A stretch of 64,000 nucleotides of DNA from Eledone cirrhosa (Eukaryota): contig OZ024744.1 in assembly GCA_964016885.1 (NCBI GenBank), positions 88,474,001 through 88,538,000 of the forward strand. The letters run 5' to 3'. The notes beneath the pieces were generated by a model, which was not told where the DNA came from, did not search any database, and worked only from the letters and a program-made list of their open reading frames with translations. Both the position numbers and the translations under genes were made by a program. This document shows positions 44,775 to 60,390 of the stretch, piece by piece (the stretch's first letter is position 1; the number at the start of each line of letters is the position of its first letter).

Positions 44775-45355
44775 AACAAACAAACCGAACATTATAATAA
44801 ATGTTCGGTAAACCCATACGTACATATATATATATATATATGTGTGCATGTATATATATACATACTACTGTACGTCTGTACACATATATGTATGTACATA
44901 TACATACTTATATTTAGGTATCAGCCGTACTAAGAGTGAGAAATGAAATTTCGTTTCATTCTTTTCCATTTATCGTTTTCGGTACACCCGGCCGAGTAAC
45001 TCACTCGATATGCAAATTAGGCTGCTCAGCCGTTAATATGCATAAGGAGAGTATATACTTTCAGACGTTTAATCATCTGGCAGGAAGGTATACGGTGCTG
45101 ACGATAGCTAATAAGCTTGAAACTAGTACATCGTTCCTGTGTCAGTGTTGAACAAAAGGGCGACGATGGTTGCCGAGAACTGTACGGCGTAATTCGGGCT
45201 GTTTGTTTACAAACAAACCGAACATTATAATAAATGTTCGGTAAACCCATACGTACATATATATATATATATGTGTGTGCATGTATGTGTATATATACAT
45301 ACTACTGTACGTCTGTACACATATATGTATGTACGTATACATACTTGTATATATA
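44775..45355 (+). mobile_element. Partial tandem hammerhead-containing repeat (about 435-bp period)
   Basis: 44775-44910 repeated at 45209-45350; related to 56150-56688. Confidence 0.7.
45093..45133 (+). ncRNA. Minimal type I hammerhead ribozyme motif
   Basis: cggtg-CTGACGA-agct/agct-GAAA-ctagta-catcg. Confidence 0.85.
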
Positions 45356-45360
45356 TATAT

Positions 45361-46431
<1,071 letters not shown>

Positions 46432-46435
46432 TATT

Positions 46436-46467
<32 letters not shown>

Positions 46468-46478
46468 CATATATGTAT

Positions 46479-46544
<66 letters not shown>

Positions 46545-46547
<3 letters not shown>

Positions 46548-46893
46548 GGAGGTGAGTTTTATTGTAGTACAATAAAGCAATGCAGATATCGGATAAGAAG
46601 CACTCTACAGTTTGTAGGACTGGAGAATACATAATATAAGATCAAAAGATGGTTAAAGGAGTTCCATGTATTTTATTATGCGCATTTCAAAAACAAACAT
46701 CATCATGCAATAATATTTGTGTTTTCATCAGATATGTTGATTTAAAACTGCACTATCCACAAGTGTTTTTTAGCCTTCATATCATGTTCTCCTGTTTTAT
46801 CTGATGAAAACACAAATATTATTGCATGATGATGTTTGTTTTTGAAATGCGCATAATAAAATACATGGAACTCCTTTAACCATCTTTTGATCT

Positions 46894-46901
<8 letters not shown>
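46545..46901. mobile_element. Miniature PLE derivative with two opposed hammerheads (46671-46734 minus, 46795-46861 plus) and left tail
   Basis: CTGATGA...GAAA-tgcgcata; arms 46631-46734 / 46798-46901. Confidence 0.85.
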
Positions 46902-46965
<64 letters not shown>

Positions 46966-47297
46966 GAGAAATATAAATGCTAAAAGGTTAATGTAATTTG
47001 TAAAATATCACCCTCCTCACCAAGCAAGCTTGGAGAGGTTTCCGGTTTAGTCGCAGGCAACCCGACCATCAGACCCGACCATTATAATGTGTTGCATGTT
47101 ACCAGTAACACTCGAGAGCGACCTGACATTATATATATATAAATACATATACAATGATATTAAATAAATGGAAACTATATTTATAAAACCATATTTATTT
47201 TATTATATATATTTCAAGGGTACCAAGACACATTGATACGCTTTTATCATTTCTGTTTGATTTGTTGGACTTCCAACAAATTAAATACCCCTTCTAC

Positions 47298-47394
<97 letters not shown>

Positions 47395-47473
47395 TATATT
47401 CATATATATATATAAGGTGGCTGGAACAGGTAAAAGGGTAAAAGAGTATATATAAAAGGGTAAAAGAGTATAA

Positions 47474-47579
<106 letters not shown>

Positions 47580-47920
47580 GTGTGCGTGTGTGTGTGTGTG
47601 TGTGTGTTAAAGAAAGGCCTCCTCACAGTTTTCATCAACAAAATGTTACACAAATGTTGTTAGTCAACTCGAAGGTATAAGAGAAGACATTTGCCTAAGG
47701 TGCGACTTAGTGCAACCTAACCGAAACTATGTGGTTGTGAAGCCAACTTCTTAAACACACAGCCATGCCTGCATATATCCAAATCTTCCTTGATTCTTTT
47801 GCTCACAAATCGATCTTAGTTATTTAATTTTACGGATTCATTGCTTCCAATAACTCCGATAAAAATATGGTGATATACGTATTACATCTTTCTCTGATTG
47901 TTATTATTGCTATTGTTATT

Positions 47921-48217
47921 GACCAGTGTGGTTTAATGGTTAGAGCGTTGGGCTTGCAATTGTGAGGTTGTGAGTTCGATTCCTGGAGCGGGTGATGCGT
48001 TGTTACCTTGAACAAGACCCTTTATTTCATGTCACTGGAGCCAAGCTGTATTGGCCATTGCCATTCCGTTTGAACGACATCAGTGGCATGGAGACAGGAG
48101 GCTGGTATGCATGGGCGACTGTTGGTCTTCCACAAACAACTTTGTGCTGACTTGTGCTTCAGAGGGGAACTTTGAAGGTGTGATTTCCATGGTCATTCTT
48201 GATCGAAGGGTCTTTTT
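47921..48217 (+). mobile_element. tRNA-derived SINE, third type
   Basis: tggtttaatggttagagcg..gagttcgattcc head; body not tRNA-like. Confidence 0.7.
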
Positions 48218-48499
48218 ATCCCATTGCCCTATTAATTAGCCTATCTTTAGCCGAGATTGAATGTGTGTGCGTATGTGTCTGGGTGTGAATGTGCACATGT
48301 GTGTGTGTTTTTGTGTTGGACCTCCGACGGTTGCGACGGTCGGTGTTCCATTTGTTTTAATCAACCAAACTGCCTGCTCGCGAAATAAACTTGTAAGGGA
48401 CTGAGCATTCCATAAACACTTGTACCTTTAACGTAATTCTTAGGGAAGACAGAGTGTGTAACAGTGTGTGACACCTAAAGTATGTATCGAGCTCGAAAG

Positions 48500-48738
48500 C
48501 TCATCGGGCCGGTGTTTATCCCAGTCTCCCTCCTCCCTCGCTGGATAGGACGCCAGTCCATCGCAGGGTTAATGCCACCTGCTATTGCTAGTACTCATTT
48601 TCAGTTGAGTATACTGGAGCAACGTGAAATGAAGTGTTATGCTCAAGAACACAATAAACAGGCTTGGTCCAAGAATCAAACCGACAGCATTATGATCATA
48701 ACTCAAACACGCCTTACCATTAAACCATATGCCTTCAC
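48500..48738 (-). mobile_element. tRNA-derived SINE (family of 8884-9120)
   Basis: Reverse complement has tRNA head and ctcaactgaaaatgagtac core. Confidence 0.65.
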
Positions 48739-48856
48739 ATGTGTGACATGATGAACCCTTTTCAATTCAAGGTATATCTCATCTTTGTCAGCTGAGTGGG
48801 ATAAAGTGCCTTCTTTAATGTGCCGCCGTGAATCGAATGCACGATTTTACAATAAT

Positions 48857-49000
48857 TGTTTCTACTTTAGGCACAAGGCCAGCAACTACCCAGTGCCTCA
48901 CTGGTACTTTATTTTATCGACCCCGTAAGGATGAAAGGCAAAGTCAACCTCGGCGGGATTTGAACTCAGATCGTAAAGGGACGTAACTATGCTAGAAAGC
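48857..49000 (-). mobile_element. 5'-truncated SINE with TSD attttacaataat
   Basis: Major family; duplication on both sides. Confidence 0.9.
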
Positions 49001-49185
49001 ATTTTACAATAATGAGCCGAAATCTCTAACCACTAGCGCCTTCAAGCTGGACCATCATCCCATTAATTTGCTAAGACATTATCCAAAGTCTTTTTTTTTT
49101 AATGAGACGTTGTGATTGAAGGAAATTTGACTGTACACTATAGCCTGTCAAGCGACCAAGTAAAGGCTCCTTATCTTCAAGTACA

Positions 49186-49246
<61 letters not shown>

Positions 49247-49247
49247 T

Positions 49248-49308
<61 letters not shown>

Positions 49309-49362
49309 CAGCAGCAGCAGCAATAGCAGCAGTAGCAGCAGCACCAGTAGTAGTAGTAGTAG

Positions 49363-49443
<81 letters not shown>

Positions 49444-49447
49444 TAGT
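49186..49447. repeat. (AGT)n/(AGC)n microsatellite
   Basis: Direct reading. Confidence 0.95.
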
Positions 49448-49625
49448 ATTAGGTACATTTCTTATGTAAATCTGTAAATAGTTCCGAGTGTGCGTCTGTT
49501 TGTGCGTGCGTGTATCTGTGTGTGTATATCTGTATATATATATATATTTGTGTGTACGTGTGTATGCGTGTATATACATATTTGTGTGTATGTATATATA
49601 TGTGTGTGTGTATACAGGTATATAT

Positions 49626-49744
<119 letters not shown>

Positions 49745-50359
49745 TATATATATATATATATTTATGTACGTAGTGCTTATATGACGGCGGTGGTTGCTGT
49801 GGTGATTTATGGCGTCGGTGGTGGTAATGTGAGGAGTGAGTATATAAGTGAGAGAAAGGAGGAGGGGGTGGCTAGCAAAACAAATAAATAAATATAGGGA
49901 TAAATGGTCCTGGATGTATGTTTTCTTAATGAAATTTAAAAGGGAAAATAACAAGGAGTGGATGGATATAGCAAAACAAACATATAAACAAATAAATAAA
50001 GTAATAAATAGATAAATAAAAATTAAAAAAATAAAAATAAATATTTAGGATGAAAGAAAAAAGGAAAAGTCAGAAAGTAAAGATGAAAAAAAATGAAAGA
50101 CAATAGTAAAGAAATAAAAAGAAAGAAGGCGTCAATAAAGAAAAAAAAAAAACGAAATGAAAAAATTAACTAACATACACTCACAAAAAAATATACAGTG
50201 AGAAAATATATACCTACTTAGAATCAGTTTATATAGTAAACTATGAGTGAAGACACATATGTGTAAGTTCGGAAGGTCTTTTGGTGGGGGTGGGGGTGGT
50301 TTAGGGGTTGCGGGGGTGTATAATACATAAAAAGGAAAGGAAATTTGAAAAAAAGGAAG

Positions 50360-50985
<626 letters not shown>

Positions 50986-51189
50986 ACATAAAGTAAGAAT
51001 TAAAGAATAAGCAAGGAATGAAGCGGTGAATAGTAAGGGGTAGGAAAGTATGAGAGGTATGAGATAAGAGCCGCCACAGCAACAAACAGCGGTAAGATGT
51101 TCTCTCTAAAGAGACAACTACGAAGCTAAGCTACGAGGTAAAGCGACAATGTACGGGCCCTTCAGAGTGCTCCAATTCTACCCCCAGCC

Positions 51190-51715
51190 CCATCACCCCG
51201 CACCATCAGCACCACCCACGCCTTCCTCCGCTTCCATCATACCACCTCCGCAGCCGCCATACCACCACCACCACCACCACCACATCTACCACCACATCTA
51301 CCACCACATCAACCACTACATCAATCACCACAACTACCACCACCACCACCACCACCACCACCATCATCAATACTTATTACCACCACCACCACCATCTCCA
51401 ACACCACCATCGCCGCCAACACCACCATCGCCAACACCACCATCGCCGCCAACACCACCATCGCCGCCAACACCACCATCGCTGCCAACACCACCATCGC
51501 CAACACAACGATCGTCCAACACCACCATCACACAAATATATCGCCATGCTTTTTTCTCTTCTCCCCGTCCTCTCACTCCTTCTCACCCTCTCTCTCCTTC
51601 CCCCTTTCTCGCTCACCTTCCCCTCTCTCTCTCTCTCTCCTTATAACTCTCTCTCTCCCTCTCTCTCTCCTCCTCCTCTCTCTCTCCCTCTCTCTCTCCT
51701 CCTCCTCTCACTCTC
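51190..51715. repeat. (CCA)n / 15-18-bp minisatellite followed by CT-rich tract
   Basis: Direct reading. Confidence 0.9.
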
Positions 51716-52644
51716 TATTGCTTAAGCAGGCACGCCGTCAATTTTGTTTTCTGGATGATCGCACACCACACACAGTCAGTGTCTGCATAATAGGGTTGGA
51801 GCAGGGCAAAGTTGTAAACAATTATCAAATTGAGATAGGACAATGGAGAGTGTAGAAGCTTGCAGAGCCACTGCTAAATTGAGCGACCTCCAATTGCTAC
51901 AGCACACATCTGTCTGCCTCCATCGAACATGTTCTAACTCGTAGCTTTTGCCGTGTCGGCTTAACTTTGCGTTAGCTTTGATGGCATTGTGTGTTCGACC
52001 GTAGCAGTGTAAGAGAAGCAGGGACCTGATATGTGGGCCGATTCATTGTAGGATACAAAAAAGCCAGGGAATAAAAAGAGGAAATTCTCTGTCCAACTTA
52101 AGGTAGTTCTGCCAAAAGTAGGGGAGCTATGAAGAGCCTAGAACGACAGGACTTTAATAAACAAGAGCCGTTAAGTTTCCTCTTCAACATTTCCCAACCA
52201 TCAGCACCAAACATTTTTCATTCTGAAGGATCCTTTGTTTTTGCAAAAAAATAAAAAAAATAAAAAAAGGAAAAAGAAAAAAGAAATCTTCGTATTCTGT
52301 GCCAGTTCTGAGGAGATTAAATATATACTTAATTAAAACTATCTCAAAGTGACCACAAAAAGAAAAAAAATATATTTTCTTTTTTTTAATCAAAATCGGG
52401 AATATAAAGAATTAAAATAAAGTATGTACGCTTTTCAGTTTCAGTGTGAAAAATAAATAAACAGTTATATATACCATAGGTACTGGTATGGGTGTATGGT
52501 TAAGAAATTAGCTTCGCGATTCTGCAGTTCCGATTTCAATCCCGATATGGATCTTGGTAACAAAGTGGCTTTTACCGTATTATGTTAATCTGAAGTGTAC
52601 CAATTACTTTGGGGCTGAATTTGCTAGTTTAAAAATAGGCCTGT

Positions 52645-52687
<43 letters not shown>

Positions 52688-53105
52688 AATATAGTGACCA
52701 TAAAAAATATCGTGGTTTATAGTAAAAAAAAATTGACCATCGTATCTCTTTCTTCATACATTTAAATTAATTACTATAGTTTTCTTCTACATTTTCATTA
52801 ATCATTTCCAAATATATATATATACACCAAATTACCAAAACAATTGTCCTCAATACCTATCTATCTTTCTACCTATCATCTTTCTATCTTCCTATTATTT
52901 CTTTATCTAAGTGTCAGCCTGTGTAAATCTCTAGATTCCTTGGGATTTCTGCTTTTTTTTTAAATTATCGTCCGAAGATAGATACTTTGGTAAATATACA
53001 CGCATAAGTAACAATAGATTGTCAGTGAAACTGAAAGATGGATAAACAAGCAAATACAGAGACAGACAGATAGTTGGAAAGATAAGTAGTTATGTAAGTA
53101 GACAT

Positions 53106-53138
<33 letters not shown>

Positions 53139-53165
53139 GAGGCAGAAGGACACAGGAGCAGGCAG

Positions 53166-53234
<69 letters not shown>

Positions 53235-53396
53235 AGGGAGGGAAACATATGTGCATACACACATGCATACATACATGCATACATGCATTCATATATGCAT
53301 ACATATATGTATACATACACATACATACATACATCCATCCATCCATCCATCCATACATACATACATACATACATACATACATACATACATACATAC

Positions 53397-54482
53397 AAAC
53401 ATGTGTGAATCCATGGATGAAAAACTGCATGCTTATGAGCAAAGAACCCTGCATGGATATGTTGCCAGGAAACTCCAGAGTGAGAGTAATATAGATAAGG
53501 AAAGTAGTCTATCTTGGACCAACAACCGCTATATTGGCTCCCACTTTGAAGGATACACTTTTGCAATCCAAGAACAGGAAATAAACACGAAATACCTGAT
53601 TCTCAAAAGAGATAGGGATGTAGGCAAAATACCTAGATGTGATAACAAGTGCAGACTCTGTAGAATTAACATTGAAGATGTCACCCATGCCATCAGCAGC
53701 TGCCCAAAGATGTCATCGCGGTACTATTTACCTATGAGGCATGATGTAGTGGCCAAAACACTGTACAATGCAATCTGTAGAAAAGATAGCCCCGATAATA
53801 AACGCATTAAAAGCTACAGCAATGTTGAAGATATACACATACATAATATGAAAGAGTACTGGTGGAATGTTCCAGTCAAAACCCCAATAAAATGCAGGCA
53901 TAACAGACCAGATATAATGATATAAAAGAGGGAAAAGAAGGCATGCACAGTAGTGGAAGTTAGCTGCCCAGCAGATGCCAATATACTATCAAAGATTAGC
54001 GAAAAGGAGAATATTTATGCAGAACTAATGAGAAATCTGCAGATACTCCACCTTGATTACACCTTCAGGTTTATACCTATGATTATTGGGGCACTGCGAT
54101 ATGTTAGTAACTGCCTCAATACAAATCTTGAGAAGCTGGTCTTCACAGGAACAGAAAGAACACAACTAGTTAGGAAATTACAAGTACAATCCATTAATGG
54201 ATCAGTAAAAGTATGAAAAACATTCCAAAAATGTTGCATCTAATAACTGCATATACACATGTACAGATACTAAGCATATACACATGCACATATACAACTC
54301 AAAACATACACATCCACACATACAATAACATCCATACCTACACATGCATGCATGCAGACATGCATACATATCTACCTAGTTGATGTTGTGTAAATTCCAA
54401 TGAGAGAGTATTGTGTCTATGTAAGAACCTACTCTCTCCCTATTGGCAAAAAATGTGTGAAATTATAAAACCAGAAGAACAT
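53397..54482 (+). mobile_element. 5'-truncated REL-endonuclease LINE (R4/Dong-like), second family
   Basis: LHGY, FAIQEQEINTKY, CRLC..H...C, RHD, RPDI, EVSCP; preceded by (ATAC)n, ends at acatacat. Confidence 0.88.
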
Positions 54483-54610
54483 ACATAGTTAGTTATAGAT
54501 AATTGCTGTTCTTCTATTGGCGAGCTAGTCCATACTATGTACAGAAAACATTAGTGAGGAGAATATATCAAATTTCCATTTCCACGAGCAGATCTACCAT
54601 AACGTGGTTG

Positions 54611-54665
<55 letters not shown>

Positions 54666-55379
54666 CTTGGCGTTGATGATTTTATCCGTTCATAATAGTA
54701 CTAGGGTTTCATATGTCAGGAAATTTGGGAAATATTTCTGCCACTATGGGTAATCACAGGTTGTGTTACATAGTGAACGTATTGTAACGAATATGAGCAT
54801 AAGAAAGCTAAAAACAAAAACAAAAAAACTGGAATACAATCATACATTTTTCATATCAAGGTTGAAACAGATGTTCTCTATTTGAACAAACATAATTCTG
54901 CACGATGAAACTGCTAAAGAAGCGCACAATGTACACCAGAATTCATCAAAATGCTGATAAGAATGCCAAACAGTCACATTGATTTAAGATATAGAAAGAT
55001 TATAAAAGTAAATTCTCCAACAAAAGAAGGTCAGGAAAAAATCTGTAGATAACAAACATTTACTTAACAATATCTTCTTAGCTATCAACAAGTCATAGCT
55101 TTCGCTCTTACGTTGAATAATGCACAGCAATATACGGAAGCTGAACAGGCTTAACAACTGGAAATAGTGTTGCTTACAAAAGAAAACAAATAAATTCTTT
55201 AATCCTCTCAGTACACGCCCAGCATTGATTAAATCATATTCCTCAATTTCGACTAAAAGGATAATATGGTCGAACTGGAATTTATCTATTAGTCCCTTAA
55301 GATTTAGCAATAAGAGTATTATAAAATGTTGTGGCTGACTGCGAATCTCATTCAGGTGTGAAGCAAGAAATAGAGATAT

Positions 55380-56030
55380 AACATAACAAAACCGTAATGA
55401 ACGAGAATTTTAAACCAGCTCTACGCGATCTGAAAAATAACGGTAAAATTGAGAAATAAGAATTTTGAATTATCTATTATGAACAAACATGAATACATTT
55501 CGAAAATTAACAAAATACTATACTATAACAGCAAATTCGATTAGATTAGAAAAGACAATATGGTTTAACTAAAAAGCTCACCCTATAAATTAATTTCTAT
55601 TGCAAATGCTTAAGAAAGATTTATCTTTAGGAATGCATAGGAGGAGAAATTATTATCCCCGTATTTATTTGTGGCATACTAAAGACTCACAAATAAAATA
55701 GGCACCTTTCAATTTATAACCTAAATCAGCATACTGACTCATAGAAGTCTTAGAAAGAAATATAATACACCATATAAAATCATCCAACGAATTTTGAAAT
55801 ATTTTGCAGAAATTCGACAAATTTGGCAAGATTTCCATCATGGATGTAAACAATCTTTTTACCAATGTTCTGGTAATAGACGCTATAGACTTAATTTTCG
55901 ACAAGTTGACTATATAACCTATTCATACGATTTAATATGCCAAACATCGTTAAAAATTTTCTGCTTCTCTCCACAACTGAGGATTAATTCTGTTGCCCAC
56001 AAGCGAGACTAACTGGACAATGGCTAATGT
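55380..56030 (+). pseudogene. Heavily decayed PLE-type RT
   Basis: Fragments GILKTHK (about 55672) and SIMDVNNLFTNV (about 55833) in the expected order; many stops. Confidence 0.55.
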
Positions 56031-56062
56031 TGATAACAAAGTTATTCCTAACCATAACGATG

Positions 56063-56147
<85 letters not shown>

Positions 56148-56149
<2 letters not shown>

Positions 56150-56536
56150 AATGTAAGTATGTATGTATACGTACATACATATATGTATACAGACGTACAG
56201 TAGCATGCATATATATATATATATGCATGCCTGACCGACTTAACTCACTCGATATGCAAATTAGGCTGCTCAGCCGTTAATTTTCATAAGGAAAGTATAT
56301 ACTTTCGAACGTTCAACTATCTGGCAGAAGGGTATACGGTGCTGATGATAGCTAACAAGCTTGAAACTAGTACATCGTTGCTGTGTCAGTGTTGAAAAAA
56401 GGGTGACGTGGTTGCCTTAACACCGTACGGCATAAATTCAGGCTGTTCAGTTTGTTTACAAACGAACAAAGCGGGCGCTATAATAAGCGTCCGCTAAACT
56501 GATACGTGCATGTATGTATGTGTACCTGTATGTATA

Positions 56537-56574
<38 letters not shown>

Positions 56575-56686
56575 TGCTACTGTACGTCTGTATACATATA
56601 TGTATGTACGTATACATACATACTTACATTTAAGTAAGTGCCGTACTAAGAGTGAGAAATGAAATTTCGTTTTCATTTTATTACAA

Positions 56687-56688
<2 letters not shown>
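56148..56688 (+). mobile_element. Hammerhead-containing mini-element with short inverted arm and tail
   Basis: Arms 56148-56215 / 56565-56632; tail 56633-56688; (AT)n flanks. Confidence 0.78.
56337..56377 (+). ncRNA. Minimal type I hammerhead ribozyme motif
   Basis: cggtg-CTGATGA-agct/agct-GAAA-ctagta-catcg. Confidence 0.87.
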
Positions 56689-56739
<51 letters not shown>

Positions 56740-56937
56740 TACGTTCATAACATATTCTTTGTGACAGGTATAGAAGAACAAACCATTAAACTTTTAAAAA
56801 GTCTGAAATTAATTCCATCCTTAAATTTAGATAGGTCTAGCATGAATTCAGGATACAACATCACCCCATACTCAGTTATGTAAATCGTCGCCTCACACCA
56901 CCCAAAAGAAAAATAAATAAATAATAACAATAATGGT

Positions 56938-57160
56938 AATAATGGTTTCTGATTTACGCACAAGGCCAACAATCTTCGGGGGGGAATGGGAAGTCGATTA
57001 AATCGACCCGAGTGTATTACTGGTACTTTATTTTATGGGCCCCGTAAGGATGAAAGCAAAGTTAATCTCGGGGGTACTTGAACTCAGGACTTGAAGAGCC
57101 GTAACTGTATGTTGCAAAGCATGTTGTCCCAAGCTCTACCGATTCTGCCCATCCACTGCT
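56938..57160 (-). mobile_element. SINE (major family, long variant)
   Basis: Reverse complement of the 22071-22292 type. Confidence 0.8.
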
Positions 57161-57749
57161 CTTCTCTTAATGTTAGAAATAGCTCTCCCCCACCACACAC
57201 ACACACATATATACACAAACAAATGCATATATACAAATGCAGATATTAAATGTTCCTATAGATGCAAAGTACCTATAATGAAATCTCTTCTTTGATTAGC
57301 TTAGAAATTCTGATTCAAGAAAAAATAGCTTTAAATAAGAAAACCTTACAAGTGAAACGGACAAATAGTAGATAACGCATACTTTAATAGATTAGTAGAC
57401 CTACACAAAAACAATGCATATGGATGGATAAAACAAATGTAACAACAAGTAAACACACACAGAAACAGTCATGAAAAAGGAGCCGATTGTCAAATAAGAT
57501 CAAGAAAACGGTTATTCCCTTGCTAACACTATATACTGGCGACGATTCCCGACAGAAGATGCAGACCTGCCAACATCTAAAGACCCAAACGGGGAATACC
57601 ATGAAAAGTGCCTCAAAATGGGGATAAATGAGGCCAAATGAGGATTCTCGACATAAGAAGCATACCAGCCAATCTCTAAAGATCCAAACGGGGAATATGG
57701 TGCCTGAAAACGGGGAGAAATGAGGCAAAATGTGGAGATTTTACATAAT

Positions 57750-57932
57750 TTTTTCTACTTTTGGCACAAGGCCAGCAATTACCCAGTGCATTACTGGTAC
57801 TTTATTTTATCGACCCCGTAAGGATGAAAGATAAAGTTAACCTCGGCAGGATTTGAACACAGAATGGCAAGGGCCGTAACTCTGTGCGTCAAAGCATGGC
57901 GTCCGACCCTCTACCGATACTGCTAATCCACC
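57750..57932 (-). mobile_element. Full-length SINE with 18-bp TSD
   Basis: TSD gtggagattttacataat (57732-49, 57933-50). Confidence 0.92.
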
Positions 57933-58574
57933 GTGGAGATTTTACATAATAAAAACTATATACATTTTCACAAGAGAAGACATCTTTCACCCACCCCAAA
58001 GTGAGCGGAGATCTCCCCGTCCGACGGGGAAAGTTAACAGGTGTGGATGAAGTATCAATTTGAAATAGAATATTTTGCTCAAGAACACAACACCCTACCT
58101 GGTAATAAATATATTATTACAGAATAAATGAATATGGCATTAAAATAAATCATAAAATGGAACATAAATTCTTTGTTAGAATATATTATAAAAACAAAAA
58201 CATCAGAATAAAAATCTTTCTGTCAAGATGAAACCGTAAACTTACAAGCCAGAGAACATATTTCAAACCAGAGTAATATAGAAATTTTAATGGAAATATT
58301 ATACCTGAAGTGGTTGCATTATCAGTTGTTGCTTTATCAGGTAGATATGTATTTACACGAATCTATTGCGGCAGCACTACCATTCTATATTGTTTACAAT
58401 CATTAGGGTGCGCCCATGCTGCAGCACCGTTGTAATTTAGTCGATCACATTGACCTTGGCACTCATTTTCTCAAGCAACACTACTTACGTTATCGATAAC
58501 ATATTTTGAATAAACGCTTCGTTGCGGGACACAATCACAAACATAAACACATGCAACCATACACACACACACAC

Positions 58575-58639
<65 letters not shown>

Positions 58640-58643
<4 letters not shown>

Positions 58644-59520
58644 CAGAAAATGTTTGTAGAAAGAAACAGGAACTATTTATTGCTTTTGTCGAATGGACCA
58701 AAGCCTTTGACACTGTCAATCGCAAAGTTCTGAGGAAAATCTTCAAAAAGCTTGGCATACCTGACAATATGCTGATCGATTATGTCAAATAGTGAATGCT
58801 CTTAACCCTCTGGTGTCACAGAAGGCTCATGTTCTCTTTACGTTATTCTTCTCTGTATTACACCCGTGAGCATTTGCCGGCTCGGTCACTACTGGTTGAA
58901 TTCCGTACATCAGCTGGGTTGTTCAACCATCAGTGCTTTAAGCTTAAAATACTTACACGAACAAGTTTTATTCGTGATTTACTGTTTGCTTATGATGCTG
59001 CACTTGTTGCAACATCCCTTGAAGAGGTACAATAACTGATGAACCGCTTCACACTTGCCAGTAAAGCAATTGGTTTAACAATCAACATTAAGTAAACTAA
59101 GGTGGTACATCAACCAAAGCCAACCACCACTAGACAAGCTGATGTTGGGTAAGGACATCCGGGGTGTAGGTATACCCATGTTCCCATCACTGTTAATGGC
59201 AAGAATCTGAAGTATGTCTGCATCCCTGGATGAGGAGATTGTCAATCGCCTCTCTAAAGCAATTGACACATATAATTGGTAAACTACATCATCGTCTATA
59301 GAGTGTCTGAAGTATATCCTTAAAACCGAAAGTTGCAGTTTATCGTGCAGTGGTACTGACAACACTTTTATACGACTCACGCTAGGGACACTTTATCGAA
59401 ACCCACATTTATAGGCTTGATATCTTCTACAAATATAATCTTCGCTCTTTCTGTTGCTATACCCTTTCTGACAGAATTTCTAGGGCCGGCCGCTTGAAGA
59501 GGTGCATCAACGTTGGGATT
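58640..59520 (+). pseudogene. Decayed RTE (BovB-like) RT
   Basis: FIAFV..TKAFDTVNR..L.KI..KLG.P; LFN; RDLLFA.DAAL; GLTINI.K. Confidence 0.8.
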
Positions 59521-59629
59521 AATCCTTTAACTTCTCATTCCCTTTTCTGGATTTTATATCAAGCGTAAAACGAATATTTTTCTTCCTTGTACTGTGCCGT
59601 TTGCTTTGTTATCTCTGTTTGCCTTTTGC

Positions 59630-59660
<31 letters not shown>

Positions 59661-60390
59661 AATATGGAGGAGGTTATAGTTCACTTGAAGCATTGTGTAA
59701 TGAGGTATAAACGTTAGAATATGTGTAATAAGGCCAAGACAATGCAGATATGGACATAGAAAAAGAATGCAATAGTGAGAGATATTGGTGAGAATTAGTC
59801 TTTCACCTTGAATTTATTTAAATGTCCTTAATTTTCGAGATAATATCTCTTCTTCGGAGGGAAGTAAAAGTCTCAGACCAGCGTCTAAATTTCCAATGAA
59901 GCCATGCTGACCGGAAATAGTATAGAGTTCTAACTTTAATATCAAAGAATTAAAATTAGGTGGGTAAAGAGTAGTCTCCCTTTAAGAGGGGTTTGTTTAT
60001 GTTTTTGTTGTGTTATGTAAATTTTATATGCGTGCCTGTATATGTGTGTGGGAGAAAGCATGAAGGTGTAGGTATGTGTGTGTGTGTGAGTGTGGGAAGA
60101 TAGGTCTAATCGTAAAAGTGGGGGGTAGGTGTTATCTGGTGTTAGAACTGGTTTTGTGTGTGTATGTGTGAGAGAGAATAAGTGGGGGTGTGTGCGTGCG
60201 TGTGTGTGGGGTGTGTAAAGTGGGGCTAGAGGCCCTATCAGGTTATAAATTGGGTGTTGAGCTCTAGTCTATTATTGATTGGTGGATGTGTTCTATCTAT
60301 AATGAGTGCTTCCTTGATTCTAAGATTACCGAGGTTTCTTTCTTTAGTTTCTATCCTAACTGTTATGTTTTTATCAGTGTTTTTGCATTT

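Noticed and set aside
47921-47995. tRNA gene
   Set aside because: Only A/B-box-like head without a proper acceptor stem, continuing into a SINE body
57540-57735. About 100-bp imperfect tandem duplication
   Set aside because: Two degenerate units with no TSD or family assignment I can support
60254-60390. Hydrophobic N-terminus on the 616-aa ORF
   Set aside because: It is the antisense translation of the inverted GIY-YIG arm; the same artefact affects the starts of ORFs 18413-19975 and 39775-40944
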